From Parcubacteria group bacterium Gr01-1014_17 (lineage in GTDB: Bacteria; Patescibacteriota; Minisyncoccia; Phycocordibacterales; UBA10002), in NCBI GenBank assembly GCA_007376285.1, contig VMFZ01000004.1, positions 300 to 64,299 on the forward strand: 64,000 nt of DNA. Reading direction: 5' to 3'. Made by a program: the position numbers and the translations under genes. Below are positions 59,329 through 64,000 of this stretch, in pieces; within the stretch, counting starts at the first letter, position 1; each line of letters begins with the position of its first letter. The notes under the pieces were generated by a model. That model was not told where the DNA came from. It saw only the letters and a program-made list of their open reading frames with translations, and searched no databases.

Positions 59329-61227
59329 TTATCTGATTTCGCACCTGCGGGAGCGGAGGACGCGGTACACGGCTTCCATTGCCGCGTTTGCTTCCGCATC
59401 CGTGAGCGTTTTTTTCATTGACTGGAATACAAGGCGAAACGCGAGCGATGTCTTTTGCGAACCATCGGTAAGTTTCTTTTCAAACGAATCAAACAAGCGG
59501 ATTGACACAACATCTTTTCCGCGCGTCTCTCCTTCTATAATTTTCTGCACGCGCTCGGCGTCCATTTTTTCCGGCACAAAGAGCGCCACATCGCGGACGA
59601 TGAAGGGGTAGGAGGAAAAGGGTTTGAATGTCTTAATAAATCCTCCCCCAGCCCCCTCCTTTATAAAGGAGGGGGATTCAAGGGGGTGGATTTTCATCAC
59701 CACATCCAAATTGCATTCATACATATTATTTCCGCCGCAAAACTTACCGCAAAGCGGCATGCCAAGCATTTTCTCAATTTTCTGCACAACTTCGCTCACT
59801 GATTTTTTCACAGGCATCAACCCGATAATAAGCGCGGTATGTTCACCTTTAACCGTAAAGACCTTCCCAATTTCAAATTGTTTAATTTCTTTGGAGCCGA
59901 GAAGCGGCGCGTTTGAATAATTTTTCAATAGTACTGGATGAAAGTTTGTCCATAAGTCCTTCCTGCAATACGCTTTGTCGGACGCAAGTGGTTTCTCAAT
60001 TGCAATATAGCCAGAAGATGCAAATGAAGAGGTCATTACTTCCGAAAATCCGTCGGACACAAGCATGTCTCGTATTTTATTTTCCAAATTGAGCCGCTTG
60101 TTCACTGTTGGCAACGCGGAAATAGGCGGGAGCATCGTTTCCGGAATCCGCTCCAATCCCACTATGCGCCCGATTTCTTCCACAATATCTTCCGGTCGCA
60201 CAATGTCCAGCCGCTCCGGAGGCGGTGCGACCATAAGCGCCGTGCCGCGCTTTTTTGCTGTAAGCGCGAGGCGCGAAAGCGCCGAGCGCATTTCTTTTTC
60301 TGAAATATTCATACCGAGCGCACCTTGCACAAATTTTATCGGTACAGCAATGCGGCGCTTCTTTTGTTTTTTCGGATATATATCAATTTCTTTTCCGATT
60401 TTTGCATCGGGACATAATTTCACTATAAGCGCAATTATCTCATCCATACCATCTTTCGCGCGCTCAGTTGTCAGATTGTTTTCAAACCGTTTTGACGCGT
60501 CCGTTTTAATACCTATCTTTGCCGAGGTACGCCGAATACTTATGGGGTCAAAATTCGCTACCGAGAGCAGAATTGTTTTTGTATATTGGTCTAGTTCAGC
60601 TTTTTTTCCACCTTTGATACCAGCAATATCAAGCGGTCCATCTTCATCGGCAATAACCATAATTGACGGGTCGATGGAAATACTTTTTCCATCGAGCGTG
60701 ACGAGGACTTCTCCCGTTCGGCCCGGTCGGACAACTACTTTCCCTTTCACTTTGTCCGCGTCAAATGCGTGTAGTGGCTGGCCCATATCGAGCGTGACGA
60801 AGTTGGTCGCATCAACAATATTATTTATACTGCGCTGACCAACGGACTCCAATCGTTCTTTGAGCCAATCGGAAGATGGTCCGACGGAAACATTTTCAAT
60901 AACGCGTGCAATGTGGCGTCGGCAAAGATTTGAGTCCTCTACGCGCACGGAAACCGTGCGTATTTTTCTGGACGCGCGCGGAACGCGCGTATCGCTTTCT
61001 TTTATCTCCAATCCCAAAAGTGCAGCAACTTCGCCAGCCACACCGCGGTGCGACAACGCATAACACGCGCGGTCAGGCAAAATCTTGATATCCAAAATCG
61101 CATCGCCATCTTTCTGTTCTATACCATCAACTTCGGCAAACCCAAGTGTCAACCGTTCCGCAAGCGCCTCCGGCACCGGCAGTTTTTCATCAAAATACGA
61201 CTGTAGCCATTTATATGAAATAAGCAT
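59329..61227 (-). CDS. pheT: Phenylalanine--tRNA ligase beta subunit
   Basis: MLISYKWL, GQPLHAFD, TDASKRFE, EDIVEEIGR, RDVAL, SLAFRL. Confidence 0.95.
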   Translation of the reverse strand: MLISYKWLQSYFDEKLPVPEALAERLTLGFAEVDGIEQKDGDAILDIKILPDRACYALSHRGVAGEVAALLGLEIKESDTRVPRASRKIRTVSVRVEDSNLCRRHIARVIENVSVGPSSDWLKERLESVGQRSINNIVDATNFVTLDMGQPLHAFDADKVKGKVVVRPGRTGEVLVTLDGKSISIDPSIMVIADEDGPLDIAGIKGGKKAELDQYTKTILLSVANFDPISIRRTSAKIGIKTDASKRFENNLTTERAKDGMDEIIALIVKLCPDAKIGKEIDIYPKKQKKRRIAVPIKFVQGALGMNISEKEMRSALSRLALTAKKRGTALMVAPPPERLDIVRPEDIVEEIGRIVGLERIPETMLPPISALPTVNKRLNLENKIRDMLVSDGFSEVMTSSFASSGYIAIEKPLASDKAYCRKDLWTNFHPVLLKNYSNAPLLGSKEIKQFEIGKVFTVKGEHTALIIGLMPVKKSVSEVVQKIEKMLGMPLCGKFCGGNNMYECNLDVVMKIHPLESPSFIKEGAGGGFIKTFKPFSSYPFIVRDVALFVPEKMDAERVQKIIEGETRGKDVVSIRLFDSFEKKLTDGSQKTSLAFRLVFQSMKKTLTDAEANAAMEAVYRVLRSRRCEIR

Positions 61228-61229
61228 AA

Positions 61230-61925
61230 TTAAAATTGCGACACAACACGCAAATCGCCATTATAAAACATTCGGATATCGGGGATGCCGTGGCGGAGCA
61301 TAAGGAGGCGGTCAATGCCACAGCCGAACGCGAACCCGCGGTATTTTTTCGCCAACAAACCGACCGCTTCAAACACATGTGGGTGCACAAGCCCCGCGCC
61401 GCCAATCTCTAGCCGCTTGCCTTTCCATTCCATATCCACTTCCACTGACGGTTCTGTAAACGGGAAAAAGCTTGGACGAAAACGAACATTTATTTTATCA
61501 TCATGGAAAAACTTTCTAAAAAAGAGGAGCACAGTGCCTTTTAGTTGCGCCATAGACACATTTTTATCTACATAGAGCCCTTCCACCTGATAAAACTCCG
61601 CTTCATGCGTTGCATCTGTTGCTTCGTTCCGAAACACCTTTCCCGGCACGATAATCCGATACGGAGGTTTAATGCCTTTTTTCAATTTCTCCTCCATATA
61701 CCGCACTTGCACCGGTGAAGTCTGCGTACGGAGCACGAGTCGCTCTTTGGATTTAATCCAAAAAGTGTCTTGCATATCCCGCGATGGGTGGTCCTTCGGA
61801 ATATTGAGTGCGTCAAAATTGTACCATTCTGTCTCAATTTCCGGTCCGTCAGCAACACTGAACCCAAGTTCCGCGAAAATATCCGCGATTTCCCGTATCG
61901 CATGAGAAATTAGATGTATATGACC
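61230..61925 (-). CDS. pheS: Phenylalanine--tRNA ligase alpha subunit, start missing
   Basis: GHIHLIS..YNFDALN..HPSRDMQDTF, LRTQTS, FFPFTEPS, GFAFG; TGA immediately upstream and no credible start. Confidence 0.9.
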   Translation of the reverse strand, partial: GHIHLISHAIREIADIFAELGFSVADGPEIETEWYNFDALNIPKDHPSRDMQDTFWIKSKERLVLRTQTSPVQVRYMEEKLKKGIKPPYRIIVPGKVFRNEATDATHEAEFYQVEGLYVDKNVSMAQLKGTVLLFFRKFFHDDKINVRFRPSFFPFTEPSVEVDMEWKGKRLEIGGAGLVHPHVFEAVGLLAKKYRGFAFGCGIDRLLMLRHGIPDIRMFYNGDLRVVSQF

Positions 61926-61926
61926 T

Positions 61927-61961
61927 CAAAAGTGGCGCTCTACCAACTGAGCTAAGGTGGC
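61927..61961 (-). pseudogene. 5' half of a tRNA (probably Thr-TGT) joined to pheS
   Basis: GCCACCTTAGCTCAGTTGGTAGAGCGCCACTTTTG, ending inside the anticodon loop. Confidence 0.75.
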
Positions 61962-62088
61962 ATCCACTACAAAATAGCATAACAAAGCTCGGAGCGAAAC
62001 ACATTTTCAAAATGTCTGGAGCGAGTGGTCGCGTTGCAACGACCCGAGCGTTACCGAGGACTTTTGCAAAATGTGTTTCGCGAAGAGT

Positions 62089-63154
62089 CTATTGTGCACC
62101 TAAAATATCAATCTGCTTCTGGTATTTTTCCGCAAGCTCCGCAACATCATCACCGTAAAACGCATACGCTTTCTTTTTTGCATTCGCACAACCCGCCAAG
62201 TATCTGGTCAGGGTCCAACCCCAGCCGTCGCGTAATGTCCAAAAACGGCACGGTGTCGCGCGGTGCTTTCATATCAACGCGCCAATTTCCTTTGCCAACA
62301 TTTTCGCCCAAGTTTGATTCTTCTGCGATAATACCGAGCAAAAACGCCGCGCGCACGCCGGTTCGCGCCTGCGCGTCTTGCGCGAGCGCGAGCGCTTTTT
62401 CAAACGGAATCGCCGCGCTGTCGCGTAAAATAAACAATTCGCTCCGTATCTTCGCGGCGCTGTATTCTTTTGACGAAATTACCGATTGGTAATTCGCCTC
62501 AATGCCTTTTGAAAGCTTCAAGATTCGACTTTTTTCCGCCTCCTGCTCCTCCAACCGCTTTTTGTCTCGCTCTTGCGCGACGCGCAAATCCGTTTCTTCA
62601 GCGCGCCTGCCTTCAAGCTCTTGCTTTTCCGTTTCTACATCTTTCTTTACCGTGCGCACGCTGGAAATGGTCTCTGAGAGCGACTGTTCAATCGACGCGA
62701 ACGAGCTCATTTCCGTAAACAGGTTTGCGAGTCGCCCATCGCCGAGCAAAAGTTCTGGCAACGAGTCGGATTGAAAGCGAACCGTTTTTCGGACCAACTG
62801 AGACAAAGAGAGTTTCGCGCGTTCTATTTTTTCTGACAATTCACCGATGGTCTTCGCCTTTCCGCCAATATCGCGCGTCAAGTTTGCAATTGCAATGTCG
62901 CGCGCGCGGATGGAGAGTTGCGACTGCTTGATGGATGCGTTCAAAATTCCTACATCGCGTTCAAGTGATACCGAACGGCCGCGCAAATCGTCTAGAAGCG
63001 CGCGCTGTTTGTCTATTTCCGTTTCAAGCGCCGTAAGCTCCTGTTCCAGCACGGCGCGCCGCTCCGCAACCTCATTTGACTGCGCAAAAATATAGCCGGC
63101 CGTTCCCAAAAAAGAAACGACCACAAGAATCAAGAAAAAAAATCCGCGAGGCAT
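62089..63154 (-). pseudogene. Coiled-coil + lytic transglycosylase-like protein with internal deletion/frameshift
   Basis: Signal peptide, coiled coil, EESNLG; at ~62205 another frame gives RYLAG..YGDDVAELA.KYQKQIDIL*. Confidence 0.65.
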
Positions 63155-63169
63155 TGCTCTATCTTAACA

Positions 63170-63892
63170 TTATTTCTTCTTTTCTTCTTTTTTCCCTTCT
63201 TTTTTCTCCAACTTCTTTTCTACTCCTCCAACCTTTGATTTTTCATCTGTTACCGCTTCAGCCACCTCGACCTCTTTCGGCTCTTTACCTTTCTTCACAA
63301 CTTCAATCTGAGACAAGTCGGGTGCCGGAGCCACCTCCACCTTCTCTTCTTTCGGCTCATACACACTCGCCACCACCTCCTCTGGTTTTTCTAAAAGAGA
63401 AACTCCGTCCGGTAATCTAATCTGTTTTGCTAAAATCTGACTGTCAAAATCAACAAGTGGAGCAACATCAATTGAAATAATGTGCGGCAATTTTGCCGGC
63501 TCGGCTTCAATATGAAGTTCGCGGAGCACTTTCACGAGCACACCGCCTTTCTCCTTCACCGCAGGAGCGACTCCAACAAACTCAATTGGCACTTTAACCG
63601 CAAGTTTTTGTCCGGCTTCAAACGCGTAAAAGTCCACATGAAGCACATTGCCGGACACAGGGTGTCGCGCCACATCGTGCACAAGCGCCGGCACATCACC
63701 ATCGGAGCCCTGAAGCGTTACCACCTCATTCTCGCCTGCTTTTGCAAACGCTTTTTCAAACGCCTTTGCGACAATCTCAATTGAAGTTGAGGCGCGCTTC
63801 TTTCCGTAAAACACGGCAGGAATCTTGCCAGCGCGCCTCACGGCAGCCGGCTTTGCCTTCGTGTCGCGCTTTTCGTACGCAAGTGAAATCAT
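63170..63892 (-). CDS. rplY: 50S ribosomal protein L25/CTC
   Basis: RRAGKIPAVFYG, HPV..VLHVDF, APAVKEKGGVL. Confidence 0.95.
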   Translation of the reverse strand: MISLAYEKRDTKAKPAAVRRAGKIPAVFYGKKRASTSIEIVAKAFEKAFAKAGENEVVTLQGSDGDVPALVHDVARHPVSGNVLHVDFYAFEAGQKLAVKVPIEFVGVAPAVKEKGGVLVKVLRELHIEAEPAKLPHIISIDVAPLVDFDSQILAKQIRLPDGVSLLEKPEEVVASVYEPKEEKVEVAPAPDLSQIEVVKKGKEPKEVEVAEAVTDEKSKVGGVEKKLEKKEGKKEEKKK

Positions 63893-63918
63893 AACGACAA
63901 AGGTTATCAAAATAAACG

Positions 63919-64000
63919 CTATTTTGCAACTGTCATCGCATCCTCAAATGCGATGGAGAGAAGTTTGCTTGCCCCACGCTCCATCGTGATGCCGTAGAGC
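63919..64000 (-). CDS. smc: C-terminus of probable SMC protein (partial)
   Basis: LYGITMERGASKLLSI resembles the SMC terminal motif; only 26 codons visible. Confidence 0.6.
   Translation of the reverse strand, partial: LYGITMERGASKLLSIAFEDAMTVAK

Overview
Bacterial chromosome segment, standard genetic code. Gene content points to Patescibacteria/CPR, probably Parcubacteria (inference): compact valS, a degenerate HisRS paralogue, tRNAs mostly lacking encoded CCA, and -10 boxes close to start codons. The backbone is housekeeping (rnr, topA, typA, rpsA, pth, lepB, ftsA, ftsZ, tsaD, valS, lepA, parB, miaA, rpmG, alr, clpB, pheT/pheS, rplY, smc) with ten intact tRNAs and one half tRNA. Accessory DNA includes a type III restriction-modification + Fic/Doc + RadC block, a DUF3800 gene with a convergent small RNA, and several orphan genes with their own promoters and terminators. 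The most striking observation is at 34174-34384: an aberrant ~70-nt tRNA-like gene (minimal D-arm, 6-bp anticodon stem, 8-nt loop CUUGGUAU) is followed by a separately promoted ~80-nt hairpin RNA. That RNA is complementary to it over 19 + 15 nt, with every difference being a G:U wobble, suggesting a protein-free RNA-RNA module. Also notable: ArsR-type genes bracketed by ~30-bp palindromes that encode their own stop codons, a dispersed arm-spacer-arm repeat family, and many in-frame palindromic insertions inside core genes. All calls come from reading the sequence and recognising motifs; no searches or folding programs were run.
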